The notes beneath the pieces were generated by a model. That model searched no databases. It worked only from the letters and a program-made list of their open reading frames with translations, and was not told the DNA's origin. The position numbers were made by a program, and so were the translations under genes. Shown here piece by piece: positions 25,247 through 38,423 of a DNA stretch of 64,000 nucleotides. Source of the DNA: Eukaryota sp. GEM-RC1 (taxonomy: Eukaryota); contig JAUFOQ010000002.1 of NCBI GenBank assembly GCA_040285855.1, positions 1,860,001-1,924,000 on the forward strand. The letters are read 5' to 3'. Positions within the stretch are counted from its first letter, which is position 1, and the number at the start of each line of letters is the position of its first letter.

Positions 25247-25575
25247 TGAAAATTGAATTCGCGTCATTTATTTTGAAGAAATCTATCCAAAGTTGTTAAT
25301 TGAAGAAAGATGCGTTTGGAAATTGAATTCGAGTGTTATAAATTGTACATTGTAGTATAACTTATGAATATTTCAAATTATTGATTAAAATAACAATGAG
25401 GGACTTAAGTCAATTATTTTTGATTGACTGAGTGATATAGAAATAATCTCACAGCACACATGGCCTTGAAATTAAAAGGAAAATATTCGTTTCAAATATT
25501 TCGAAAAGAAAGTGCAACAAGAACTAACCAGAATAAAACTACCATTAAGAACAACATTCGTCTCAAGAACAACCA

Positions 25576-26355
25576 TTAAACTGCTGACGTGTTTACTTCC
25601 ATACTAGAACTACGAGCACAAGAACTACAAGGATCTTCATCACAGATGGAATCCCACCGCGTTAACCATTTATTAACCCTACAAAGACATTTAGGATCAG
25701 TATCTGCCACGTGGATATGGAAATCAAAACTGGTAAAGTCAAAGCTGTTGCTAGAATCTGTTGTCATTGGATAGTAAAAGCAGAAATACACTGACAAATC
25801 ACGGAGAGTCATAGCCAAAGAGTACATCCTTGCAAGTTGACTAAACTCCGACTGTGATTCAGAATCAAGCCAATCATTAAGACCAATATCACCCATTAGA
25901 TTGTGAAGATCTTCCAATGAGGGCTCTTGATTGGCAAAATAATCACGAAACGAGAGAATTCCGACTTGATCTAGTTTCGATTGCAACGAGGCCAGTCGTT
26001 GAAAGAACTCCTGGGATCTACTAAAGAGACTGTAAAGAAGAGAGTGTTGTTGGGGTCTAGTGAAAGAAAGGGAGTGTGAAGGGTGGCCGTTGATGAAGAA
26101 CTTTAGGTTGTTTCTGGGATGGTTTAATAAGTCGGATATAGCGGAATCTAAATGGGATATATTGCTCAGTTTGAGAGGGCAAAAGTGGGTTTCAGAATTG
26201 TGGAGAAGACAGAAAAAACACGATGAAGTGTTGTTTTCAGGAGATACAGAAAGCCATTTTGGTTTGACTTCGACACAATAGCGATGGTAGAGTGGATTCA
26301 GAGGTAAATTCAAGTTATTGTCAACGTGAAGAAGGACTTCAGATGATGTGATCAT
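25576..26355 (-). CDS. Inositol-pentakisphosphate 2-kinase (IPK1)-like, apparently 5'-truncated
   Basis: CVEVKPKW, CFFC, FCPL, PRNNLKFF, MTLRDLS and VADTDPK motifs. No N-terminal GEG loop seen. Confidence 0.75.
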   Translation of the reverse strand: MITSSEVLLHVDNNLNLPLNPLYHRYCVEVKPKWLSVSPENNTSSCFFCLLHNSETHFCPLKLSNISHLDSAISDLLNHPRNNLKFFINGHPSHSLSFTRPQQHSLLYSLFSRSQEFFQRLASLQSKLDQVGILSFRDYFANQEPSLEDLHNLMGDIGLNDWLDSESQSEFSQLARMYSLAMTLRDLSVYFCFYYPMTTDSSNSFDFTSFDFHIHVADTDPKCLCRVNKWLTRWDSICDEDPCSSCARSSSMEVNTSAV

Positions 26356-26437
26356 TGAAGATACAGTTGGAGGTATGTTTAAGCATCATTGACAACAAAC
26401 CAGATCTGAAGTAAATGGGTCAAAAGGCAAAATTATT

Positions 26438-28316
26438 GATTTCTCTGAAAGTTCACATTTCATTAGAGTTTGACTATAATCTTGACAAAAATGACTGTGC
26501 TCTTGACAAAACTGACTAGAATCTTGACAGCTTCTCTTTTTGCTAGAATCTTGACAGAACGGACTAGATTCTTGACAAGTTGCTTTCTGATCCATTTCAG
26601 TGATATCTTCATTTCTTCGTCACTGCTTCATTGTCTCCCTCTTTATGTTCTGTAACTGGGAGCTTCTGCTTTCGTTATCACATATACTTTAGTAGTTCAA
26701 ATTCTACAGTTCACTATTGCTCTAGTGCTCACAATCACAATCTTTCTTGAATTTCTTACATCTTTGACAATGACTTCTGCTATCATGTCCTTCCTGGCGA
26801 CACACTCTACATTTCCTTGCGGTTTTCTTCTTTTGAGTTCTCATCACTCTACCATTCTCCTCATGAACTTTTGGACCTTCGTATCGATGGGCATATCTTG
26901 CTAAACCCACATTGGCAGCCTCTTCTAACCGTACCTTGTCTGCAGCTGACTCAGTAGACCGCCATTGATTGAACAGTTCTTCAACAGGATTAGAAATTTG
27001 ACCTGATTCTTCTTCATCATCTAACCACCACTGTCGATGAAACATATCTTTGGAAAATCTTTGTGTACTTTTAATGCTGTGAATACATGGAATTCCAGTT
27101 ATTCTCTCAGTTCTACCTGAATATACTGAATCCACATGATTCGTTTGGCTAAAAGCAATAATTTGTAAAACCTTCAACAAAGCAAAAGATGACACGTGTC
27201 GAATTACGTTCACAAATAAAGGGGTGTTGATCAGTTCTCGGTCGACTCTCTGCTTATCAACATCAATATTTCTTCTTAAGTCGATTACTTGATGCTCCAT
27301 AGTAGCCATAACATTTTCCATAGCACTCTCCAAGTCTCTTTTGTACATTCGATCTCCGGATTTTAGTGCATTGTGGGCGGACTCGGCTCGATTGTTCGTG
27401 TAAGTTTCAAAGTGAGTGAATTGGTCAATATTGTAATAACAGAAACTTTCCTTCATATCGAACCAATTGTTAATTAAATAGATGAAGGCATCACCACATT
27501 CTCGGTCATTTTCATATTTGCCTGTCATCACGTCCGAATTCCAACAAAATTCTTCGACTGCTTCACTTTGAATTACGGAGTAAAAATGTTCCATAAATAT
27601 TTTCCATGCTGGATCAGAAATTCCTTTAGCGTTCTTAATTTGGATTAAATTTTGAACGATATGGAACAAGCATAAAACGTGACCGGATGTAGGAAACACT
27701 TTCCTGACAGCATTAATCAATGCCTTTTCTTTATCTGTAAGAAAAACTCCTTGATTAATGTTAAATACATCTTTAAATTGTTCCAGAGTCCAAAGGTAGT
27801 ATTCTTCAGTTTCTTTCGCCATAAAGACACATGCAGCACGGAACGATGAATTTAAACAAGTAAAACCAACCACATGAAACATTGGCATACCAAAAGTATT
27901 TGTCTTATAAGTACTGTCAAGACAGAACACATACCGAAATCTTCTGGCAATCGACAGTACCTCCCGGTTTACAATAAACAGGGCTTCAAGTCGGTTTTCG
28001 GCATCAGACTTAACTCGAAAGATGTACCCGTCCGCGTTTTTTCACCTTTATCACCGGCCCAATTTTGCAGAGAGTTAACAGCATCTTCATAGGATTCAAA
28101 GGACATCAAATTATTTGGAACTGGTGTTGTTGGATTGATTGTAGGGTCCTCCTCATTTAAGACGATGTTTTGATTTAAGCTCATATTTATGAATAATAAA
28201 GAGAGATATTTGAGGGGAAGTGAAAAAGAAGTTGTCAAGATTTTAGTCAATTCTGTCAAGATTATAGCAAAAGTGATTTCATTAATGTAAGATTCGGGAG
28301 GGACGAAGAACCAATC
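26438..28316 (-). mobile_element. Mutator-like element (MULE)
   Basis: 9-bp TSD AAAATTATT at 26429-26437 and 28317-28325. Termini GATT...AATC. Inverted subterminal (A)TCTTGACA repeats at 26479-26578 and 28234-28262. Confidence 0.92.
26722..28184 (-). CDS. MULE (FAR1-type) DDE transposase
   Basis: LDSTYKTN, LTDKEKAL, LCLFHI, TNNRAESAH, GIPCIH and a C-terminal CRVCRQEGHDSRSHC. ATG 28184 joins with +1 A at about 28040. Confidence 0.93.
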
Positions 28317-28415
28317 AAAATTATTCCGACTAAATTTGAAATTGAGGTGTTGAATGAGAAGAAAAAGCCAACTTTTAAAAAATATCAATGTCAACAATTC
28401 ATTACACATACGACA

Positions 28416-28588
28416 CTGTTGTATCACCAAATGTTGTCATTACAAATGTTGTAGTTACAAATGTTGTCATTACAAATGTTGTATCACCAAATGTTGTAGT
28501 TACAAATGTTGTCATTACAAATGTTGTAGTTACAAATGTTGTCATTACAAATGTTGTGTCACCAAATGTTGTAGTTACAAATGTTGTA
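28416..28588. repeat. 15-bp-period minisatellite (CAAATGTTGT core)
   Basis: About 11 units of acaaatgttgtcatt, acaaatgttgtagtt and ccaaatgttg variants. Confidence 0.95.
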
Positions 28589-29256
28589 CATGTAGTTATA
28601 ACTTGGTGTCTTTGTGTCTTCTGATGCATGAAGCTTCATGGACTTGATGTCGTTGAGCTTAGTCTCATTGCAGATAGCATCCTGACGAAGTTGTTCAAAT
28701 TCTTCGCCATCTTGAAGAAGGTCCCAGTTTGTTAAAGTAAAGGGCATGTATTGAGGTGCAATTATTTGTGTGCAGACAATTCGGAATTTGATCTGACTCC
28801 TATAAATACAACTGACAATTGGTCAGTTTGGTACATTGTACTGTCTACAAACACATCATTAGCTTCTTTTAGATGAAAATGAGTTACCTCAGTCTGAGTT
28901 CATTATCATGTTTTGTGTTGCTATGCAAAAATGCAGTCAAAAACGACTGAAGACACAGCAGTGTATTACACGATCAGAGTTGTAGCAAACCTTAGTGTTT
29001 TCCTTTGGAGGATAAGATGTCAATGTGATGTATGTGTAATAGGATGGTTGTACAACGTTGAGTTTATTCATGACATGGTTGAACACGGTTCACAAGTCTA
29101 AGAACGAATACCTGCAAACACGTCTCTATCTTGAAAGAAGCTCAACACTGGATATCAAACGATGTATGGAATCCATCAAAGAAGGTATAAGTGTATCGGT
29201 TTGGGGATATGTGGTTATGGGGTGAAGAGTTTTTGGGGTAAAATGATTTTGGGGAG

Positions 29257-29697
29257 CAGTGTTTGAAAACCACCCGGGTGGAAATGAAAACCACCCGGGT
29301 GGCGTCTGGGTGGTACTGGGTGCATAATTTTGGTCTTACCATGATCTTCAATCCATGACTTCCTGAATACATACTTCCATGTTCAACCTGTCCTAAATAC
29401 AATTATTTTAACGGGAGTTACTTCCAGGGTCGGATAGGCTAATATCATCTTATTTATATAATTTGCAGAGTGTTTTTTATCCCAAACATGTATAAAGTTC
29501 TTCCTTGTTAGTTATTATATATCACACACTGCTAAAGTACTTTAAGTTTCATCGTATATGGTGTATAAAGTAGTTTTTGCACCAAAACTTATGTCTCGTT
29601 CTTTAATGCCACCCGGTGACCACCCGGGTGGAAATGAAAACCACCCAGTTCCACCCACCACCCGGGTGGCGTCCGGGTGGAAAATTTTCGAACACTG
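29257..29697. mobile_element. hAT-type MITE, family B
   Basis: TIR CAGTGTT(T/C)GAAAA. 8-bp TSD TTGGGGAG at 29249-29256 and 29698-29705. Palindromes CCACCCGGGTGG at 29270, 29291, 29620 and 29658. Confidence 0.93.
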
Positions 29698-30156
29698 TTG
29701 GGGAGTACTATAGTATGCACCCCAAATGAATTCCACAGTAGTGTTATGTGAACTCTCTATAATTGAAACGAAACTCCATTCAAGAGAGAGAGGTTACTGT
29801 ATGTATTCCGGTCACGTTATGTAACAGTGGACTATGTTATCAGTATCTCCGGTTTTAATTCCGCACGGAATGATTCACATTCAAATTTTGGGCAGCACAC
29901 CGTGATAATAAAGGGAGTACAGTTCCACATATGGTATAGATGTTATCAGCATCGAAAAGTAACTGAGGTATTCAGCAGGATCTATTTGCAAGAATGCACA
30001 TGACAGGGTCAAGCAGAGGACATGGAGAATGGTACTTTTGATTCATGAACAATGTTGAAGTGGTGTTGAATAAAGCACAAAGTCATACATCCACGCCATG
30101 CTCTGGAGGCGTGCTATATCTGTAGAAGTAACAGCAAGGTGCTTATAGAGAAGAAA

Positions 30157-30372
30157 TGACAGTTGTTGAAATAGGTTTTGCTGAATATAAGAAATCGGAA
30201 CGCGAACAGTAAACAAGATTAACTGATCAGAGCTGAAGATTCCTGTTGGTCTAGGGTAGATCGGGCAGCTCAATACCATTGTGTGATAAAGAGCTGTGGC
30301 AGTAAAGATCCTCCATCAAAACGTTGTAAAAGAAAACAAATTTCAGATTTTTTTTGAACAGACTTCACTAGT
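30157..30372. repeat. Inverted copy of the 649-860 dispersed repeat
   Basis: Direct sequence comparison. Confidence 0.85.
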
Positions 30373-30461
30373 GCTTCCACTAGCACTAGTGATATCAGGT
30401 TCCTTTCCTATGTTGATTTTACCATTGGAAAACTTTTTACCCCTAGCCTAGGCGCGCCTCT

Positions 30462-31442
30462 ATGCGTTTACCTGATCTTACTGGTAATTCCTTTGAAATA
30501 CGACAGTTTACTGCTAACGATGGACAAACAATGCGTGGGCTGTTTGCATCTGAACACATCCCACTTGGTTCGGAATTGCTACGAGAACGTCCTTTGTTCA
30601 CCTTAGCTCACCAGTCTCATCTTCTTTCTACTTTCAATAACCTTTGTGAAGCTGATAAAGAGTTGTTTATGTCCTACAAAGATTCATTCAACTCCGAACC
30701 AACAATTGCCGGAATCTTTCAAACTAATGTTTATAACACTGGTTCTAATGGGAAATTGGGATTTTTGCCCATAATATCTTTGATGAATCGTTCTTGCAAA
30801 GTTAACGTAACCATCCGTGCAATTGGAGATGTTGAAGTAGTAACTGCTGTTAAAGATATCCACAAGGATGAACAGATTTGTCATTCATACACTGACGTAT
30901 TAATGCCATTTGAAGATCGAATTGAACGTTTGAGGATGCGTTTCTCTTTTATATGCCAGTGTGACTTATGCCATTCTTGTCGTCAAAATCCCGAGATTCG
31001 TAAGATGACTGATGATAACAGAAGTCGCTTACAGATATATTATGACTTGTTTCCAAAACTTGTCTCGATGCCAAGTAAAGTTCTAGACCTAACTCCTAAA
31101 AGACTTCACTTGTTGACTGTGGAAGGTCTTTGTCATCACAAAGCCACAGCTTACTTTGATGCAGCCCAAATACTGATGAATCATCCGACTTACTTCCGTA
31201 AGGGGATTGAGTACACGCAATGTGCTTATGATAATTCAAAGCTGTTTTTGGTGAAGATTCTGAGAGTTGCAAGCAGTATGCACAATATCTGTCCATGTTT
31301 AGAATGTCAGCTCAATGTGTACGAAAGTAGACCATTTGTTTTGAGGAGTTTGTATGAACAGAGGTGCCGAGTGCGGACAGGTTTGGTCCGCACTCGGTGT
31401 AAGCGCACCCAAACTCGTGCGGGTGCGATTAATAAAATTTAA
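30462..31442 (+). CDS. SET-domain protein (SMYD/Set5-like); C-terminus probably frameshifted
   Basis: RGLFASEHIPLGSELLRERP, SLMNRSCKVN, AVKDIHKDEQICHSY and FICQCDLC motifs. Confidence 0.85.
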   Translation: MRLPDLTGNSFEIRQFTANDGQTMRGLFASEHIPLGSELLRERPLFTLAHQSHLLSTFNNLCEADKELFMSYKDSFNSEPTIAGIFQTNVYNTGSNGKLGFLPIISLMNRSCKVNVTIRAIGDVEVVTAVKDIHKDEQICHSYTDVLMPFEDRIERLRMRFSFICQCDLCHSCRQNPEIRKMTDDNRSRLQIYYDLFPKLVSMPSKVLDLTPKRLHLLTVEGLCHHKATAYFDAAQILMNHPTYFRKGIEYTQCAYDNSKLFLVKILRVASSMHNICPCLECQLNVYESRPFVLRSLYEQRCRVRTGLVRTRCKRTQTRAGAINKI

Positions 31443-31516
31443 TAAGTACAACTACATAAAGGACTATTGGACAGATGGTCTTTCGGTACAGGAACTAACT
31501 ACACCGACGACAATCA

Positions 31517-31649
31517 TTAGTCTCACTGAGACTAAATACTAGGCTCTTTTGGTTGTTGCAAAACCACTAATAGTCTCACTGAGACTACATGTGGTAGAGG
31601 ACAATTAGTCTCACTGAGACTAATGGTGAAAGTTGATAATTAGTCTCAC
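31517..31649. repeat. Cluster of spaced palindromes TTAGTCTCA-C-TGAGACTAA
   Basis: Copies at 31517-31535, 31571-31587 and 31605-31623, plus a half copy at 31640-31649. Confidence 0.9.
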
Positions 31650-32866
31650 AAAAATATTCTTACAAACATACATATTAAGACCAATATAATGATTGGTTCT
31701 AATTCTACATTATAAATCATCTTCCTTCTATAATTTCTTCGTCCTGAAACACCAGTGAAAATGATGAGAAATAGGGAAAATTGTCATATCAGTGAAAGTA
31801 CAATGTAGAACCGATCACCTAATTACAACACAGAATATATACCGTCTCTATACGGAAGCGAAAATTTGGCACTAAACCGAGGGAAGACTGTACTAATTCT
31901 CAAAATGAAAGCAGCTATATTCTCTAAATCCACACGAGATTTATCCCTAAACAACTTAGAAGAAATGGAACATCAACACTTGAGATGCTTCTATAAAGAG
32001 CAAACATAATTCCATTAATTCAAACAGAACCATGAATAACTTAGCCAATTAAACGGCAAAGAATACAAAAATCACTAAAAAAATTTCAGACTGCTAGACC
32101 AGTAATACTAACAATTGAAATTGTAAAAGAAACAAATGAAAATTTAGACAATATTCATTAAGCTTCTTCAAAGCATCGGCATAAGTATAACACTTTCGCT
32201 GTTCAGCCTTTTCCAGATGACCATTTGAGTCATTCACAATGGAGTCTTGATAGACTTTTGCAAACGGGTCAAATGTATAAAAGTCGACCACAACTTGAGA
32301 TGAATCCAGGAAAGGAGCAATTAGATCACCACGTCGAGAATCAAACACGATGATGTCACTGCAATATTTCAGAAGGGGTTCAATTATACAACAAAGGAGA
32401 AGTAATTGAAATGGTAGGTGGAAGCACAACTTTACGTATTAATTGAAAAGAAAAGAAACTTTCCAAATACATTGTATTCAACAATAATTGTCGGATTTGA
32501 TAAAATAAAATATATATCACTTTTAACATACATGGGGTAAATTTGCAACAATGCATTAACACGTACTAAATCTACCTTAAGTCAATCTCCTGATTAATCT
32601 TTAACAGACACATCTCATCGTACAGGTTTCACTGAAGATCTGCAACATCTACAATTTCTAACTTGATTAGGACGTTCAGTAAGACTCGTTATACAGCTTT
32701 GTTATCGACCATGTAAAAGACGAACCACTGAATTTTGCGACTATACACTTATCTCCAGTACCTGTGGTACTGTCATCATCAAATCTATATTAATAATACT
32801 TTTATGTGGTGTATACACTTTGAAAGAAGGTCAAATATGAAAAGTCAAGTATGATTACTATGGCAA

Positions 32867-34217
<1,351 letters not shown>

Positions 34218-34807
34218 ATTTGTATATTGAATAAACTCCATTAAATGCATTATTGTTAATAGACTGCTAAGTTAGATTTCGAAATTGTTTTGTAGAAATT
34301 TCGGGATGATTAGACTGTGATGAACAATTAATTATTGTAAAGAAAGTTTTGTCCAGCTGAAGATCGTTGCTATATCGGTGGTCAGAATCCAAATGAACTT
34401 CTAATAGACGAGTTCACTAGTAAGTGTTACTTCTTAAACACAGAGCCAATATATTGTGGAAGAGGACAACGTGTATTCCAAAGCTAAGTCAATTTTAAAG
34501 AAATCCAAAACTAAACTATACACCTATTGAACAGCCCTTTCATCGTCGGCTTTCCGAGAGATATCAACAGACGGGAAATGCAACGAAATACTAAATGAAT
34601 TTGCCAAAAAAGTATTCAAAAGGATTTACCCAGGTGATAGCCCAAGTCATTCTAGATTAGATAGCAATGGAGTCGAAAGACTTTATCAAATAGGGACTAG
34701 GAGCGACAATTCAAAACAAATTGTGATTCCATTTTGCCCCTCACACAACTACTACTAGTAGTACAGTACATGTAGAACTCCCGCATATTCTATTTCAAGC
34801 ATTACAC

Positions 34808-36111
34808 ATGAAACTATTTGTATCACCAGGAAACACTCTCACTATCGTTTTCAACGAACACTTTTTATCTAACCAAACCATTTTGTTTGCATATGACACT
34901 ATCGAAGTGAACAAATCCATACTCGCTGCCCACTCTACTTTTTTTTCGATCCCTTTGGTTCTTGGAGTGTGATGAAAGTCCCGAGAGTGTGGTTGACTTC
35001 TCTCATCTCCCTTTTAATGTACACAATTTCTTTTCTTTCATCAAGTCTTTCTATGGTCAATCATTCACTCTTAATGAGAACAATGCCTACGATTTCTACT
35101 TTCTCGTTCACTACTTCCAAGTAGACAAACTAGTTGGACATATTGAAACCCATCTTAACACTCATCTCGTGACCTGGGCTTGGTTAAAACCATTCATTAA
35201 AGAGGCAACTCAACAAAATGACTTGAATGCTTTGGAGTTTGCTGGGCTTTTCTTTTCCAATATTGATGACCTCTTGATTGATGACGTGGTGGTGATGTCT
35301 GCTGAAGGCTTGAAAACACTGTCAGAATATTGTATTTCTAAACAATCGCGGTTGTGGTTTATTAAATCGTTGGCCAACTCAGTTTTAAATCATGATTTCC
35401 GTTCAAATGAATTTTCCAATATTTTGAATAATTTTCCAGTTGAAGCACTTTCTTTTCAAGAATGGGACCAATTGTTGTTTCTTCCTTTAAAATATGTTGA
35501 CGAGTTTGAAGCTGTTTTAATGAAGTTTCTGTTTACACGAGTCAAAGATGTCTGTGTTGCTTCATTAGTTAAGGAAAATACTATTCTGTCAACATATGTA
35601 ACTAAATTAGAAACTGAAATTGAAAAATTAAAAAGAAAAATGATTAAATTCTCACAAACTAACAAACATTCTCAATTACAGGTTAGTGTGGATAAAAGAG
35701 AGTTGTTGTTGGAGGTTCTGGTAGTGCTTACAGAAATCTACTTTGTGATGATCCACTTCTTCCAGGTAATGTTTATACTTGGAAGTTGAGGTACCAAGGT
35801 AGGACTAACTCTCTTTTGTCGGAGTTATTGACGATTCAAGGTTTAGTGTTGATGTTGGTTGTTGGGAAAGTGCTCACTGTTTTCACAATCGTGATGGGGT
35901 TTATGGATGTCTCTCAGGAGATAGAGTTAAGTGGAAACCTGGAGAGCTACTGGAAATTAGTGCAAATCTCATTAATTACGCTTTAACAATCAAGTCCGTG
36001 GGAAATTCTTCAATTAATCTTACGGGACCTCTTCCCAGATTAATTAGTGGTAATTATTATCCATTTATTTCCTTATATTATGTTAATCATGTACTCGAAC
36101 TGGTTGATTAA
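34808..36111 (+). CDS. BTB/POZ protein with coiled coil and SPRY-like tail, frameshifted
   Basis: EVNKSILAAHST...HYFQVDKL. The C-terminal frame reads YTWKLRYQG...VGVIDDS...YYPFISLY. Confidence 0.7.
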
Positions 36112-36461
36112 TGTTTATAATAATTTCATATTTATTCAGTTTCAAAATCTGTTTCAGTTCTGAAAGACCAACATAAAAATGAGTGTTTAAAGTAGGAGCA
36201 CAACATCGTGGTTCTATGACAAGTTCTAAATCCATATTAGCAGCTGAAGCAGAATTAAAACAAGTTACCGTGGATTCTTATTAAGACTGTGAAGAAGTGG
36301 TTTATGCCTGTGTTGTTTTTTATTTATAAAAGATGTTATTCAGAAAAGTGGTACAATGTATTTGTGATTGAGGTGTCTGAGAAAATTGGCATTTATCAGA
36401 TGACAAAGCCCCTGAATACATATACTCATTGTTTGGTTGATTCAAATTTGGTAAAGTTGGA

Positions 36462-36951
36462 ATGTCTGATCTTCATGAACTCTGGGCAGCAGCGGTTACC
36501 TTCATAAAAACTCCCACACATGAATTGCGGTTGAGGCCAAAAACATCAGATTCATTACATTCATCTATACCATCTATACTACTGGAAGCAAACGCATCTG
36601 TCTGGTATGGTATAACAGCTTGGAACCCCATGGGGAAACTGGCCGACTCAGACTCCAACAAAAACCAAAATTTTCTTCTATTGGAGGACCTGGAAACAAC
36701 TGCCATCTCCCCCATTGGTGAATGTTTTTGAAGCTCATTCAGAAGATCCGAAAGGTCTATGGCGTGAGGATGGGTACTGTGTTGCTTTTACTCATGAATG
36801 TGATCGAATTATGATTGATTTAGGTGTAAAATATGCACAAGGAGCTATATACAAATACACCGTAACTGATCGCGGATTTTTGCAATCAGTAGTTTCTTGT
36901 TTTGAAGAAATGAAAAATACGGAATCCGATGTTTTGATGGAGTTTTTTTGA
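36462..36951 (+). CDS. DUF3293-like protein, one frameshift
   Basis: ITAWNPMG...N...L, WREDG and YAQGAIY motifs. Confidence 0.7.
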
Positions 36952-37072
36952 CATAGCTGCACTACATCCGTCATCATGGGAATAAAGTGAATGTAGATTT
37001 GTGGTTGATATGGAGGGATTTGCTATCTTTGCAGGGATTGTGTATGTGAGAAATTTTCCTCTTTTCACCTCT

Positions 37073-37554
37073 ATGCTACCTATTGACGAAGTTCCCAAGC
37101 CTCTTAACAGGAACAAGTTCCAACGTGCTCCTCGTCTCCGCCACCCCATTGTTCCTGGATCTATTTTGATCCTTTTGGCCGGACGATTCCGTGGTAAGAG
37201 AGTTGTGTTCCTTAAGCAAATGGAATCCGGCCTCCTCCTTGTTACCGGTATGTCTTTCGATTCTTACTCATAAAAGGTCCCTATAAGGTCAATGGAGTTC
37301 CCCTCCGCCGCATCAATCAGGCTTTCGTTATGCCTACCTCGACTCATGTTGAGCTCCCTGCCATTGAATTGTCAAAGTATACTGATGAATATTTCAAGAA
37401 AGGAGGCGATTTGACTGAAGAAAGAATCGAGGACCAAAAGTCCGTCGATTCCCAGGTTTTGGCTGTTGTCAATGAAGTTCCTTATCTCAAGGATTATTTA
37501 CGCTGTGCTTTCACATTAAACAACGGAGATCATCCTCATAGAATCAGATTCTAA
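37073..37554 (+). CDS. RPL6: 60S ribosomal protein eL6; intron 37248-37276 (29 nt)
   Basis: [47 protein letters not shown]...YLKDYL...F.L..GDHPH. Confidence 0.95.
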
Positions 37555-38423
37555 TGGCGATTTGTAAAACCTTTCTGTTAGTATTTAGCATTCACATTGG
37601 TAGGGGAGTAGTCTCTAGAAATGGCGGACATGATATAGGCTCTTCACTGAATAATAAATCCAAGTCATTGGCCCAATCACTAATATCGCCAATCTCTGTA
37701 ATAACTTCTGTGGTAAATATTATGTTACTAGTAAAAGGTTTTTACTAAATAATGTCAAAACCGTTAGTTTTAGTAAGCAAGAATACATTTATGCTACTAA
37801 AGTAGCACAATTAAATGGGGATATGGTTCCCTCATCTTACCATGTGCATTGTGTGTATATCCAGGAAAATGTTTGTGCACTACATGTAACTTGGTTGAGA
37901 TAAAAATCAAATACAGAATCTACACTTTCATTTCACTTTTGATTGATTAGAATCACAAAATCCATCAGTTATATTGATTTTTTAGGAGCCATGCTCTTTC
38001 CCTAGACCTCTTCTGGTAGTGTCAATGAGAGCTTAAAATCAATCTACATTATAGACCTCAGTTAGATGGTGAAAGCATCGTCAAACGAGGAATTAAAAAA
38101 AGAGTTTTACAGATACTGCATGTGTGCGTATTATATATCAAATACAAAGCCTCATGACAATAGATATCAGCAGTTCAAACATCTTACTGTTCTACTACAG
38201 TTTTCTGTGGTTCCGCATGACGATATTCCACTACCCAGAATTAATAAGTGTCTGTAACGAATAATCACAGTATCATAGCCTTTCCAGTATATCAACAAAA
38301 TTGAGTGTGTAACAGTCGTTGTAGCGTAAGGACACTGTCTGTCCGACAGATAGTGACGGTAAAGACAGGGTTGACTGTAACAATAAAATAAATTTCTGCG
38401 AAAACAATAAACAATAATTTTTG

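Larger units (their letters stand above)
19783..25330 (-). mobile_element. Fanzor-carrying transposable element with no transposase of its own
   Basis: Imperfect inverted termini GAATTTCATTCCAAATGCAT (19783-19802) and ATGCGTTTGGAAATTGAATTC (25310-25330) enclose the Fanzor ORF. No TSD identified. Confidence 0.55.

Noticed and set aside
25249..25256. Mimivirus early promoter AAAATTGA beside the Fanzor start
   Set aside because: It is on the wrong strand for the gene and is expected by chance in AT-rich DNA.
19783..28316. Fanzor as cargo of the MULE
   Set aside because: The MULE's TSD and termini close at 26438-28316 and exclude the Fanzor.
28354..28647. Cys-rich metallothionein-like ORF (KCCHY repeats)
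   Set aside because: It is a by-product of the 15-bp minisatellite, and the other frames are equally open.
31517..31649. CRISPR mini-array
   Set aside because: The repeat is only 19 bp with a 1-nt centre, spacer lengths are irregular, and there are no cas genes.
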